Part shown: in pieces, positions 14,751-27,640 of the stretch
Layout: each line of letters opens with the position of its first letter
How positions within the stretch are numbered: position 1 is the first letter of the stretch
Source of the DNA: Eledone cirrhosa
Lineage: Eukaryota
Reading direction: 5' to 3'
NCBI GenBank assembly: GCA_964016885.1
Contig: OZ024742.1
Location: 82,894,001 to 82,958,000 of the forward strand
Length of the DNA stretch: 64,000 nucleotides
Made by a program: the position numbers and the translations under genes
The notes under the pieces: model-generated
The model's input: only the letters and a program-made list of their open reading frames with translations
The model's database searches: none
What the model was told of the DNA's origin: nothing

Positions 14751-14756
<6 letters not shown>
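14215..14756 (-). mobile_element. R4/Dong-like RLE non-LTR retrotransposon C-terminal fragment (second family)
   Basis: ORF 14302-14862: ETVAHMISEC...RHN...KVLWDFRIQTD..LEQNRPDRVLFDK...LIVDVACPFD...K..RYQDL..EL...VVPFVIGTLG. Bounded on its 5' side by a (CT)n tract (14757-14823). Confidence 0.85.
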
Positions 14757-14825
<69 letters not shown>

Positions 14826-15335
14826 CATATCCTACACAGTGAGCTAGCCTCCTCTTTGTCAATATGTTGTTTCACCTACTTCGTTCTGAGGGCTTCTTAC
14901 TGTGCAGCCAGTAGCATTCTCTCTTTAACTATTGTAAAGTCTACTCGTATCGTGTATTCGGTCTAATTAATAAACCATATGTATCATTAGTTTATGAAAA
15001 TTCAAGAGATACTTCTCTTCACCTTATGTAATCACCTTATATTCATGTTGGCCCGTGAAGTACTACCTCACATTATCAAGCCCATTGATAATTCTTTCCA
15101 AAATATGAAATTGTTTTTAATATTTGCGTGTACTAATTTAGAGCATCTCAGATTGGTGAGTTCTGTTAAAATGGTTTAAGTGAAGGTACTGAGCTTAAAT
15201 TTATAATCCATTCTAATATCACACAGAGAAACACACACACACAGCACTCTACTTACAAAAACACACACATATATATATGCACTCACACACATACACACAT
15301 ACACACATACACACTTGCACACTCACACACACACA

Positions 15336-15400
<65 letters not shown>

Positions 15401-18400
15401 GCGAGACATATATATATGTGCATGTGTGTATGAGTGTGTGTGTATATGTGTGGGTATGTGTGCATGTGTGTGTGCGTGCGTGTGTGTGTGTGTGTTGATG
15501 TGTATGTGTGTGTGCGTTTATGTTTAAATTTATTTAAATACCTGTTTGTTTTACAGAGTGTTCCTGCAGATATAATAGTAAAATAATAGTTGATTATATC
15601 ATCACTATCTTCTGTTATGGTTTATAACTCTTCTCATAAAATCAACTGTTTCATGAAAACAAATGCTATCATTGTGTTATAAAATAAAATATCAGACAAC
15701 CTGAAAATGACGCATTTTCCAACTTTTAGTTATTAACGCTTTTGTTTTGGTTACGTTACTTTGAATTCGGTAACATAAATATCTGATAATAGCGACATAA
15801 TACACTAGATCGTGTTGCTACGTTGTAAAATAGACAGTTTCATATATTTTAACTACATTTCCATGTTCATAATTTTAAGGATTTGTTTTTATTATCTTGC
15901 AGTCATCCGTATTTAAAATTTCTCTGATCTGATAAATATCATAAATTGAAAGAGAAATAAGCTTCCGTGATTTTCTATTAGAAATCTAATGTTGTACATT
16001 CTCTGAAATGTGTATAGTGTCTCTGCATCTATGGGGATGTCTATCTCCTGGTGTAGGGTATTTGGGTCTCTCTTTATTGCAATGAAATACAAATGTTGTA
16101 GACTAACTTGCCATGTAGCAGTAAATTACATACAACCAATGAGCTGAAGTAATTTGTTTACTTTGCATCTCATCCTAGATTTCCTCTGTTTCAATATCAT
16201 GCTTTATCGTCAAATAGAAATTGGACAAAATAAGAAATATTAGTATACCAAATAAAATATTTTCATATATGGATTCCGTTATCTGGCTTTAAACTCTATG
16301 GAAGTTTATATTCTTTTTGGTGAAGATCTAATCAATAAACAACAGACTAAGGTGGTATTATAATACTGTTTCCAACGATTGTAGCCATGAAAGAACCCGA
16401 TAGTTTATTATGTATTAATTTAATTTGTCTCAATTTCTTATTTTACGGACTGTTGTCTATTTTACCGATCTCGAACATGTGTAATGTAAAATTGAGCATA
16501 GTGAAACTTGAAAACGGATCAAAAGGGCATTCAAATATGCAAGATATTTTATGATGCCTGAACATTTAATCAAATTACACTGCGTCTTATTTGGGGAAGC
16601 CTCCAAGTGTGTTAAAATCACTATTTTCTTCACAGAATGTAGGGTTCATTTGTAGATGTGATTGGGACGGCAATTGCACTGATGTTCAGTCAGACACACA
16701 AATGCATACAAACAAGAACACATAAATGCATAAAAAACCAACACACACATATACACACATCCCACTCACACACGAACGTTCTACGATCTTAAAAGCACAT
16801 TTTACATCAAAGTACCGAACCATTTCACTCCCCATAACTAGACAATACGATCAATTAATATTAAAATTAAACAAATCTGTTCAGATTTCCTTTCTAGCCC
16901 ATTAGAACAGCTTAAATTCCACATAACTCTCATAGTCAATCTTTCAAAATACTTACAAACCTAATAAATCTGGTCATTTTTTTTAATTCCTTAAGCTACC
17001 TGTCCTTTGTTACATAGTATATGTTATCAATCTTCACGTTGTCATCCTACAATTGAAAGAGAGAACGCTGAGCACATTCTACACTTTTCAACTGTTTCCA
17101 CTCCTCTAAATATTTATAACCGCTCTGTTGGATCAGCGCGAGTTATTTATACATTGCATTCGACTCATTCGACGTTTTGTAAGTGATTCAATGCTTACTT
17201 GAACATAGGCCTATAATTGAAAAGAGCCTTATCACAAAACGCTTTAATTGTCATCATTCTAAGGTGACATTTCTAAGGATGCTAAGCTCGTTGAAACTTA
17301 TAGTAAGTTCAAAATGAAACCAGACTTCCAAGCGTAAGAACGCAACAATTTTAAAACATTCTGTGGCACACACACTTAACAATAATCCATCAACAAGTTC
17401 CATTTTGCATCATCAAATGGATCTCAATGGACAAAATTTAACTTTCAAAAACAGATTGATCCTCAGGCCTATTTGAATAGATTTTATTTACTCATCCTTT
17501 ACCTTCTAAATTCGTTAAAAAAATTCTCACATTGCACACGAGTTGGCTCGAGCTAGGAGGAAAAACCATAGAGGTAAACTTCCAAATCAAGGACGCGAGT
17601 CACTTCTTGTTTCCATGTAATTATCCTGATTTAGTTAGACAACATGCACAAGTTATCTTTATAACTATTGTACACCTGGCACATATTAATCTACTCAATC
17701 GAACTCAGTTCACTTATCTAACACGCCGTCTTCCAACCATATACCCAATGGTTTATTTGAGTTTGTGGTATATTCATATTCGTATTTCGAAGTTGTTTCT
17801 GGTTATACATTTTTATATATATTGTTTTATATATATTGTGTTTTTGGAATTGTGCTAATATTATTCCATTTCGAATGTCTTGATATGAAAGGGTTCCATC
17901 GTGAGGGATTAGTTTGTGTAGTGTGGTGTTAAAATATCTTACTTAAGAGTATAAGGGTTTTCTATATTTAATTCTGTTTAATATTGGTGCGAAATATTTT
18001 ATTTTGGTGAGAATATATTATTTGCATTAATACTTGTATGTGGTCTACACATCAGATTTAAATTATAATCTGAATTCAAGCCTAGCATGCTTTATTTCAT
18101 TTATTTTATTGTAAAATTTGAATTTAATAATTATTCTAAATTTTGATTTTTGATACGTTTTCAAGTTTTATTTAATTTTTAGTTATTTTTATTATATCCA
18201 TTGTAGTTTGTCGGATGACTGAGTCAAATATAAATAGAATATCTCGGGCACGAGTTGGAGAGAAACCAAATAAAGTACCTGATTACGGTCGAAGGAAGTT
18301 CATTTTGATCTAAGCGTCAACGGCTCCATTTATTAAGAATTTCTTTGAGCGTGTCCATGTGAACATAGCTTGAGCAGTTTGTATTCTTGCATGCATACAA

Positions 18401-18421
18401 ATGTAATATATATATACATAT

Positions 18422-18475
<54 letters not shown>

Positions 18476-18559
18476 TCATACACAGACTTACGCACGCACA
18501 CTGACACACAAACGCATACACGCGCACACACGCATATACACACACACATACATACAAAC

Positions 18560-19400
18560 ATATTGTTATACTTTGGGAGGCTCAAGTTTAGCAATAGAAA
18601 CACACGCTCCTGTTGGTTTTCACTTCAATTTATTATAAATTTCCGATTGGTTGGTTGGTTCGATATATATTGTCAAAGATATTTCGCCACACATTCTGTG
18701 ACCACCTCAGTGACATGGTTTTTATTTTGTATCTCTCCTTTGTCTGACCTACACCATCTTGTTTTTGTGTGTCGTGTGTTATGTGCTTAGTTTGCGCATA
18801 TGTTACATCCGGGTGTGTGTGTGATGTGTGTGTGTTTTTTTATTCATGTGTTTATTTACTTGTCACGTGTTGGTTGTTTGTTCTATCTCTGCGTGTCAGA
18901 TTTGTTTTGTTAGTTTGGTTTTTCTGCGTGTCTGTATGTCATCATTTTGTACTTAATTGCTAGTTGTGATGTTGCTATTTTGCACATGTTTTCTTTTTAA
19001 TTTCGGTTGGAGTTCATTTATGTTGACGCGGCTGTGATTTATCAGAGCATTGCATCTTTTCTGTGTATAGACATAATTTTTATCTTTATGTTCTCTAATA
19101 TGCCCCTATATTCTATATTGGCATGTCGGTGGCGTAGTAATGAATTTGTTTCCAACCTGGCGTTCTCGGCAGTGTTCACCTATCATTTCCCCGATGCTAC
19201 GGGCTGTTTCACCTATGTATGTTATGTTCTTATTTCTACACAGTTCGTCAGTACATCTCATGCTACATACTACATTCCTAGTTTTGCAGTTAGTGTGCGG
19301 GCTTAGCTTGCAACACCCTTGCATTCATAATTACATTTATAAAGGTGACGGTTATAATAGTGCATGTGCTTTCAAAATCATACTACTTTCAGTCAACGAC
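18560..19400 (-). mobile_element. Penelope-like element 3' end (GIY-YIG remnant plus pseudo-LTR with degenerate HHR)
   Basis: ORF 19106-19324: NCKTRNVVCSMRC..LC...TYIGETARSIGEMIGEH. The 3' region is homologous to the HHR-bearing inverted repeat at 25555-26260. Confidence 0.8.
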
Positions 19401-20436
19401 GGAGAGTAAGAATTATATATTATAAAACTCAGTGATTCTGTTGATGTGTTCATCTTCGATATTACAAAATCTACTTGAAAGGGTTGCTACTCTATTTTTT
19501 TGTTTTATATATGTTTTACAGTGTATTGATTGCATTTATAATATCTAAAATCTGTTAGTTGATACTCACACTTTGGGCAATTGACCTTCCCTATTGACAT
19601 ATTTCCATAAGATCTTTTAATATCAAGAAAGAAGTTAAGAGAATTAATGTATATAATTATTTCTAGAACTTTCAAATCGAAATTGATCGAACTGTATTTT
19701 CCTATATGTTTTATGTATAATATTAGAAAATAACAAGTCCTATCTAGTATGAATTGATATTTTAGTTTTACTGGTTTACATGGGAATTGATGAGGGGTTA
19801 CATTTAGTATGTTTTGGAGAGTGTCTGTGTAAATTTAAATTATTACTTTTTATGCATTTACTTAAATCTATTTTGGTTATTTCCAAGGGATCATCGAATT
19901 GGTTTAGGAGGAAATCTGTTGAAGGATTACGCCTTCTATTCCATTCTTGTTCTTAGGCTCTTAATGTTCACGGTATATTTTGCTTTAAGTGATTAAATAT
20001 ACATATCACAGACAATATACGCTTTTTGTAACTTATTTAACATTTCTGTGAAGTGGACGCGTGCGCTCAATGTAGTCCATGGTGTTCAGTAACATAATTA
20101 TATAGATGATATGACATGCGTCACCAAATATGTGTTTCAATAGTTATATAATCACCACGAACACCTGAATTACTGCGTAATTATGACATTTGTATGTTCA
20201 TACATTTTATATATAAATACGTCCTCCCATCAACCTAACGTCAGTTTTTTTCCGAATCGCTCTGATTATGTATAGAATTTAACAACGCATTACAAGAGAG
20301 TGGATTAGGTTAAAATTCAGGTTTCGTAGGCAGTTATATATCTGTCTTGAAAGCTTTCCATAAAAATAATTAAAAGCTTACATATATTAAGAGACACACT
20401 AACCACCCTCGATTCATCAACAACTCCATCTTAAAT

Positions 20437-20530
20437 AATTGTTTCTATTTTAGGCACAAGGCCAGCAAATACCCAGTACATTACTGGTACTTTACTTTAT
20501 CGACCCCGTAAGGATGAAAGGCAAAGTTAT
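20437..20530 (-). mobile_element. SINE 3' fragment (duplicated at ~23905-24000)
   Basis: Reverse complement of the 3' half of the SINE at 27088-27270. Confidence 0.85.
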
Positions 20531-20569
20531 CCATCCTAAATAATGTATCTGTAAATATCTTCAGACTTA

Positions 20570-21470
20570 TAGATTATTATAATACAGCACTCCGAAAGGC
20601 TGGATTTGGTAAAACAAACAAATATAATCCTAGCACACTGGATTCTCATTGTGACAATTACTCTATTTCGAAATCGTTTAAATCCTAACACGAAATATAC
20701 ATGCACATACCAACGGAATCGGATTACAAGAGTAGACTATATGCGAGTAACTGTATAAAACACATAACTGAGGAAGCCACTAATAATATTAAAGGAGATT
20801 CTCTAACTGAAGCTCTACTTAAAATATCTCGCTCTAGAACCTACGTCTTGAATCAATGCAACAATCAGCGTAGTACTAAGATCCCAGATCTTTTCTTGTG
20901 GGTAATTGATAAGATTATTTCCCCTTCCTTAGTTACCATAAGATCCCGAATAGACAAACGATTCAATTTCCTACTCAAATACAGCAAACCTTGGTACAAT
21001 TATAACAGGACCACATCTTAAACGTCTCCGGGCTTATGGTAAAAGTAACCCACATGCGCTTACATGGGTAAATAACAACTGCTGGCTATTTCACGCTTGA
21101 CTACCATCTCTTCAGCTTGTACACGGATGTATGGAACGCATGCATGTATATGTTTATATTTGTTTACATTTACATGTGAATTATCTAATATATTTCACAA
21201 TAGATACATCAGTGGGGAACGTATATGTGTATACCTACATGACTTTATTTTATAAGTCCTCCCATCCACTTGACCTCGGTTTCTCATCAATCTCTCTGAT
21301 GATATGCACATTTTAACAATGAAGTTCGAGATAGTGTATTGCGTAAGAATTCAAGTTTGGTAGGTGATTCCATAACTGTATTGAAACACTTGTTAGGATC
21401 CTATTTTATATAAAGTTTTCTCCGAATGCTTCTTCAAACAAATGTTGCCTACTTTTTCCTGATATCCTGT
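20570..21470 (+). mobile_element. Old Penelope-like relic (duplicated at ~24045-24935)
   Basis: YNTALRKAGF and STKIPDLFLWVIDKII resemble the PLE linker seen at 54470-54620. A decayed HHR-like tract ctctctgatgatatgcac...gtgtattgcgtaaga (21292-21348) lacks GAAA. Confidence 0.4.
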
Positions 21471-21649
21471 TTACATTATATATATATATGTGTGTGTGTT
21501 GGGGGTGGGGTATGTATGGCTGTGTGTGGATAGGTATGGGTGTGTATGTGTGAAGGAGTTAGGGCTAATGTCTAGAGAGTTATCCGATTGGCAAAATGGG
21601 AGATGCGTTGTGTCCTAGGGCAAGCCACTTTCTTATAAAGGATGTTCCA

Positions 21650-21930
21650 TTTCCCTAACTATAGGCTCCTTATCGGTCGAGCAACGATGAAACTGGCTGC
21701 CTTAACCACGAACTGGATTACAATAAGCAATTGTTCTGCTTCCCTAACTATAGGCACCTTATCGGTCGAGCAACCATGAAACTGGCTGTCTTAACCACGA
21801 ACTGGATTACAATAAGCAATTTACTGCTTCCCTAACTATAGGTACCTTATCGGTCGAACAACCATGAAACTGGCTGTCTTAACCACGAACTGGATTACAA
21901 TAAGCAATTTTCTGCTTCCCTAACTATATA
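21650..21930. repeat. ~88-bp minisatellite, 3 copies plus a partial copy
   Basis: Unit ttccctaactataggcaccttatcggtcgagcaaccatgaaactggctgtcttaaccacgaactggattacaataagcaat..., ending in (TA)n. Confidence 0.9.
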
Positions 21931-22024
21931 TATATATATATATTTCGTTTCTGAATTTCTTAGCAAGATTCTTTATCAAGATTCTTTATCAAGATTCTTT
22001 ATCTGAAAACGTGTTTTGAAACCG

Positions 22025-22870
22025 ATATTGTTATACTTTGGGAGGGTCATTCTGCCAATAAGAAACACATACACCATCAGCTTTCACTTCAATTTATTAT
22101 AAATTTACGATTGGTTGGTTGGTTCGATATATATTGTCAAAGATATTTCGCCACACATTTTGTGACCACCTCAGTGACAGGGTTTTTATTTTGTATCTCT
22201 CCTTTGTCTGACCTACACCATCTTGTTTTTGTGTGTCGTGTGTTGTGTGCTTAGTTTGCGCATATGTTACATCCGGGTGTGTGTGTGATGTGTGTTTTCT
22301 TTTTTATTCATGTGTTTATTTACTTGTCACGTGTTGGTTGTTTATTCTATCTCTGCGTGTCAGATTTGTTTTGTTAGTTTGGTTTTTCTGCGTGTCTGTA
22401 TGTCATCATTTTGTTCTTAATTACTAGTTGTGATGTTGCTATTCTGCACATGTTTTCTTTTTAATTTCGGTTGGAGTTCATTTATGTTTGACGCGGCTGT
22501 GATTTATCAGAGCATTGCATCTTTTCTGTGTATAGACATAATTTTTATCTCTATGTTCTCTAATATGCCCCTATATTCTATGTTGGCATGTTGGTGGCGT
22601 AGTGATGAATCTTTTTCCAGCCTGGCGTTCTCGGCAGTGTTCACCTATCATTTCCCCCATGCTACGGGCTGTTTCACCTACGTATGTTATGTTCTTATTT
22701 CTACACAGTTCGTCAGTACATCTCATGCTACATACTACATTCCTAGTTTTGCAGTTAGTGTGCGGGCTTAGCTTGCAACACCCTTGCATTCATAATTACA
22801 TTTATAAAGGTGACGGTTATAATAGTGCATGTGCTTTCAAAATCATACTACTTTCAGTCAACGATGGAGA
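22025..22870 (-). mobile_element. Duplicated Penelope-like element 3' end
   Basis: ORF 22571-22789 is nearly identical to 19106-19324 (YVGETARSMGEMIGEH). Confidence 0.8.
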
Positions 22871-25107
22871 GTAAGAATTCTATATTATAAAACTCAGTGA
22901 TTCTGTTGATGTTTTCATCTTCGATATTACAAAATCTACTTGAAAGGGTTGCTACTCTATTTTTTTGTTTTATATATGTTTTACAGTGTATTGATTGCAT
23001 TTATAATATCTAAAATCTGTTAGTTGATACTCACACTTTGGGCAATTGACCTTCCCTATTGACATATTTCCATAAGATCTTTTAATATCAAGAAAGAAGT
23101 TAAGAGAATTAATGTATATAATTATTTCTAGAACTTTCAAATCGAAATTGATCGAACTGTATTTTCCTATATGTTTTATGTATAATATTAGAAAATAACA
23201 AGTCCTATCTAGTATGAATTGATATTTTAGTTTTACTGGTTTACATAGGAATTGATGAGGGGTTACATTTAGTATGTTTTGGAGGGTGTCTGTGTAAACT
23301 TAAATTATTACTTTTTATGCATTTACTTAAATCTATTTTGGTTATTTCCAAGGGATCATCGAATTGGTTTAGGAGGAAATCTGTTGAAGGATTACGCCTT
23401 CTATTCCATTCTTGTTCTTAGGCTCTTAATGTTCACAGTATATTTTGCTTTAAGTGATTAAATATACATATCACAGACAATATACGCTTTTTGTAATTTA
23501 TTTAACATTTCTGTGAAGTGGACGCGTGTGCTCAATGTAGTCCATGGTGTTCAGTAACATAATTATATAGATGATATGACATGCGTCACCAAATATGTGT
23601 TTCAATAGTTATATAATCACCACGAACACCTGAATTACTGCGTAATTATGACATTTGTATGTTCATAAATTTTATACATAAATACGTCATAAATTTTATA
23701 CATAAATACGTCAGTTTTTTCCGAATCGCTCTGATTACGTGTAGAATTTAACAACGCATTACGAGAGAGTGGATTAGGTAATAATTCAGGTTTCGTAGGC
23801 AGTTATATATCTGTCTTGAAAGCTTTCCATAAAAATACTTAAAAGCTTACATATCTTAAGAGACACACTAACCACCCTCGATACATCAACAACTCCATCT
23901 TAAATAATTGTTTCTATTTTAGGCACAAGGCCAGCAATTACCCAGTACATTACTGGTACTTTACTTTATCGACCCCGTAAGGATGAAAGGCAAAGTTAAC
24001 CATCTTAAATAATGTATCTGTAAATATCTTCAGACTTATAGATTATTATAATACAGCACTCCGAAAGGCTGGATTTGGTAAAACAAACAAATATAATCCT
24101 AGCACACTGGATTCTCATTCTCTATTTCGAAATCGTTTAAATCCTAACACGAAATATACATGCACATACCAACGGAATCGGATTACAAGAGTAGACCATA
24201 TGCGAGTAACTGTATAAAACACATAACTGAGGAAGCCACTAATAATATTAAAGGAGATTCTCTAACTGAGGCTCTACTTAAAATATCTCGCTCTAGAACC
24301 TACGTCTTGAATCAATGCAACAATCAGCGTAGTACTAAGATCCCAGATCTTTTCTTGTGGGTAATTGATAAGATTATTTCCCCTTCCTTAGTTACCATAA
24401 GATCCCGAATAGACAAACGATTCAATTTCCTACTCAAATACAGCAAACCTTGGTAACATTATAACAGGACCACATCTTAAACGTCTCCAGGCTTATGGTA
24501 AAAGTAACCCACACGCGCTTACATGGGTAAATAACACCTGCTGGCTATTTCACGCTTGACTACCATCTCTTCAGCTTGTACACAGATGTATGGAACGCAT
24601 GCATGTATATGTTTATATTTGTTTACATTTACATGTAAATTATCTAATATATTTCACAATAGAAACATCAGTGGGGAACGTATATGTGTATACCTACATG
24701 ACTTTATTTTATAAGTCCTCCCATCCACTTGACCTCGGTTTCTCATCAATCTCTCTGATGATATGCACATTTTAACAATGAAGTTCGAGATAGTGTATTG
24801 CGTAAGAATTCAAGTTTGGTAGGTGATTCCATAACTGTATTGAAACACTTGTTAGGATCCTATTTTATATAAAGGTTTCTCAGAATGTTTCTTCAAACAA
24901 ATGTTGCCTACTTTTTCCTGATATCCTGTTTACATTATATATATATATATGTGTGTGTTGGGGTGGGGTATGTATGGCTGTGTGTGGATAAATATGGGTG
25001 TGTATGTGTGAAGGAGTTAGGGCTAATGTCTAGAGAGTTGTCCGATTGGAAAAATGGGTGATGCGTTGTGTCCTAGGGCAAGCCACCTTTTTATCAGGAT
25101 GTTCCAT

Positions 25108-25475
25108 TTCCCTAACTATAGGCTCCTTATCGGTCAAACAACGATGAAACTGGCTGCCTTAACCACGAACTTGATTACAATAAGCAATTGTTCTGCTTCC
25201 CTAACTATAGGCACCTTATCGGTCGAGCAACCATGAAACTGGCTGTCTTAACCAAGAACTGGATTACAATAAGCAATGTTCTGCTTCCCTAACTATAGGC
25301 ACCTTATCTGTCGAGTAACCATGAAACTGGCTGTCTTAACCACGAACTGGATTACAATAAGCAATTTACTGCTTCCCTAACTATAGGTACCTTATCGGTC
25401 GAACAACCATGAAACTGGCTGTCTTAACCACGAACTGGATTACAATAAGCAATTTTCTGCTTCCCTAACTATATA
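25108..25475. repeat. ~88-bp minisatellite, 4 copies plus a partial copy
   Basis: Same unit as 21650-21930 with one extra copy. Confidence 0.9.
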
Positions 25476-25554
25476 TATATATATATTTCGTTTCTGAATT
25501 TCTTAGCAAGATTCTTTATCAAGATTCTTTATCTGAAAACGTGTTTTGAAACCG

Positions 25555-26252
25555 ATATTGTTATACTTTGGGAGGGTCATGCTGCCAATAAGAAATACAC
25601 ACACCATCAGCTTTCACTCCAATTTATTATAAATTAAATTTATAAATTTAAGAATTTATAAATTTTCGTTGGTTGGTTGGTTCCACAACCGGACGGTTGT
25701 TCATATTTAGTCAAAGTTCATTCGTCACACATTCTGTAATCTCTTCAGTGATTTGGGATACTTTTCTTTGTTTTGTGCCTCTCGTTTGTTCTGTCCTACG
25801 CCATCTTGTTTTTGTATGTATTGTGTGTTTCGTTTGTGCATGTGTTACATCACAACTTACAATTAAGGACACAATGAAAACACACACACATAGAACAAAC
25901 AACCAACCAGTAACATGTAAATAAACAAATAAATAAACATATAAAAACACACAGACACACGGATGGAACACATGCGCAAATAAAACACACAACGCACACA
26001 AAAACAAGATGGCGTAGGACAGAACAAAGGAGACGCACAAAACAAAGAGAAGAATCCCCAGTCACTGAAGAGGTCACATACTGTGTGACGAAAGATCTTT
26101 GACAATATATAAACAACCGTCCGGTTGTGGAACCAACCGACCAAAGGGAAATTTATAAATTCTTAAATTTATGAATTTAATTTATAATATATTGGAGTGA
26201 AATCATCTGCTGCGTTTGTTTCTTATTGGCAACATGACCCTCCCAAAACTAT

Positions 26253-26260
<8 letters not shown>
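25555..26260. mobile_element. Head-to-head inverted pair of PLE pseudo-LTRs
   Basis: 25555-25850 is the diverged reverse complement of ~25965-26260 (atattgttatactttgggagggtcatg / catgaccctcccaaaactataacaatat). The right arm ends in (TA)n. Confidence 0.85.
26061..26103 (+). ncRNA. Minimal type I hammerhead ribozyme motif
   Basis: GUCA-CUGAAGA-G-GUCACA(uacug)UGUGAC-GAAA-GAUC-UU/UGAC. Stem I GUCA/UGAC, 6-bp stem II, palindromic stem III AGAUCU. Confidence 0.65.
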
Positions 26261-26300
<40 letters not shown>

Positions 26301-26303
<3 letters not shown>

Positions 26304-26495
26304 AAAAGGTAAGACCCCGACGGCAGACCTCAAGCCGTTTCGACGGCTATTTCTGAGTCCAGAAATAGCCGTCGAAACGGCTTGAGCTCTGCCATCGGGT
26401 CTTACTTTTTCCTATTTCCAACTCTACTACCCTAAGTATTGAGTACTCTGGTGCGTTATGGTCCATCTGGTCCCTTAGCACAATTTGTTTGTTAT
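26301..26495 (+). mobile_element. Palindromic PLE pseudo-LTR remnant (hairpin family A) in (TA)n
   Basis: ~55-bp inverted arms centred near 26357, plus the tail gagtactctggtgcgttatggtccatctgg shared with the 3' end of the PLE at 35990-37385. Confidence 0.85.
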
Positions 26496-27087
26496 ATATA
26501 TATATATTTCTGTGTGTGTATGTGTATGCTTTTATTTTTATTTTCATCATTTCTGCTGTTCTCTACATATTGATTAATGAATTACAATCAGAAGAAAATC
26601 TTAATATACCCACATTGCAACTGTTTGAAGAAATGCCATATTGTTTTTCATTAGTTAGAAATCTAATTACGCTGTAACTAATAAATTTCTGGCCTGCAGT
26701 GCAGAATACTAAGTCGTTAATTTAAGAATGCCAGAATAGAATTATTACATTTAATATTAAGGAAGGTGAGCAGCATACTAAGATTGGTGAGATTAACGAT
26801 CAAATAGCTTTCAGTATTTAGTTAATGTTTTACATTCTGAACAATTCAAAACAGATTCTAATTGCATTTTATCAATCCAGCTTTTATGAAATTTGCTACA
26901 GAGGTCAATTTAATACATTATATACCGTTTCGTAATTGTGGTTTTGTGTGCACCCATATTACCGGTAGTATTGCTATTATTGTGCTAAGACGATGTGCAA
27001 TGGAAATGAAAAACGGCAGTGCACCGGAAAAATAATTTACATTTCTTCGTTTTATAGGTTTAAATTTGAAAAGTGTTGGATTGATAT

Positions 27088-27270
27088 TATTGGCAATATC
27101 GGTAGAGGGTCGGACGCCATGCTTTGACGCATAGAGTTACGGCCCTTGCCAGTCTGAGTTCAAATCCCACCGAGGGTAATTTTGCCTTTTATCCTTACGG
27201 GGTCGATAAAATAAAGTACCAGTAATGCACTGGGTAATTGCTGGCCTTGTATCAAAAGTAGAAACAATTA
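27088..27270 (+). mobile_element. tRNA-derived SINE
   Basis: A-box-like tggcaatatcggt, B-box gagttcaaatcc, body gtcgataaaataaagtaccag, tail agaaacaatta(tta). Multiple copies in the window. Confidence 0.85.
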
Positions 27271-27279
27271 TATTATATT

Positions 27280-27375
27280 AATTGTTTCTACTTTAGGCAC
27301 AAGGCCAGAAATTATCCAGTGCATTACTGGTACTTTATTTTATCGACCCCGTAAGGATGAAAGGCAAAGTCACCT
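27280..27375 (-). mobile_element. SINE 3' fragment, tail-to-tail with the preceding copy
   Basis: Reverse complement of ~27173-27270. Confidence 0.85.
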
Positions 27376-27511
27376 CAAAACAGTGCTTAGGCAAGCTATG
27401 AAAGTTATGAGTTTGAGTGGCAGTAAAATAATCGCAGTTTATATAAATACTTAACCTTTTAAAGAAGTTCATGTCATACCATAGCCTCATGTCTTAAACA
27501 TAGCACATCCC

Positions 27512-27640
27512 TTCTTCTTCTTCTTCTTCTTCTTCTTCTTCTTCTTCTTCTTCTTCTTCTTCTTCTTCTTCTTCTTCTTCTTCTTCTTCTTCTTCTTCTT
27601 CTTCTTCTTCTTCTTCTTCTTCTTCTTCTTCTTCTTCTTC
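27512..27640. repeat. (TTC)n microsatellite
   Basis: Pure trinucleotide run of ~130 bp. Confidence 0.95.

Larger units (their letters stand above)
18560..25554. repeat. Tandem segmental duplication, two ~3.5-kb units (18560-22024 and 22025-25554)
   Basis: Near-identical sequence and duplicated ORFs at an offset of ~3460-3465 (19106/22571, 19814/23279, 21131/24590). Confidence 0.95.

Noticed and set aside
16635-16725. Possible EGF-like exon (GFICRCDWDGNC) after a pyrimidine-rich CAG
   Set aside because: Cysteine spacing does not fit EGF, there is no convincing splice donor, and no other supporting exons are visible.
17200-17750. Possible eroded PLE RT fragment
   Set aside because: Similarity is too weak to support without a profile search.
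21650-21930. 88-bp repeat as a CRISPR array or hammerhead array
   Set aside because: The whole unit is repeated with no unique spacers, and no CUGANGA core is present on either strand.
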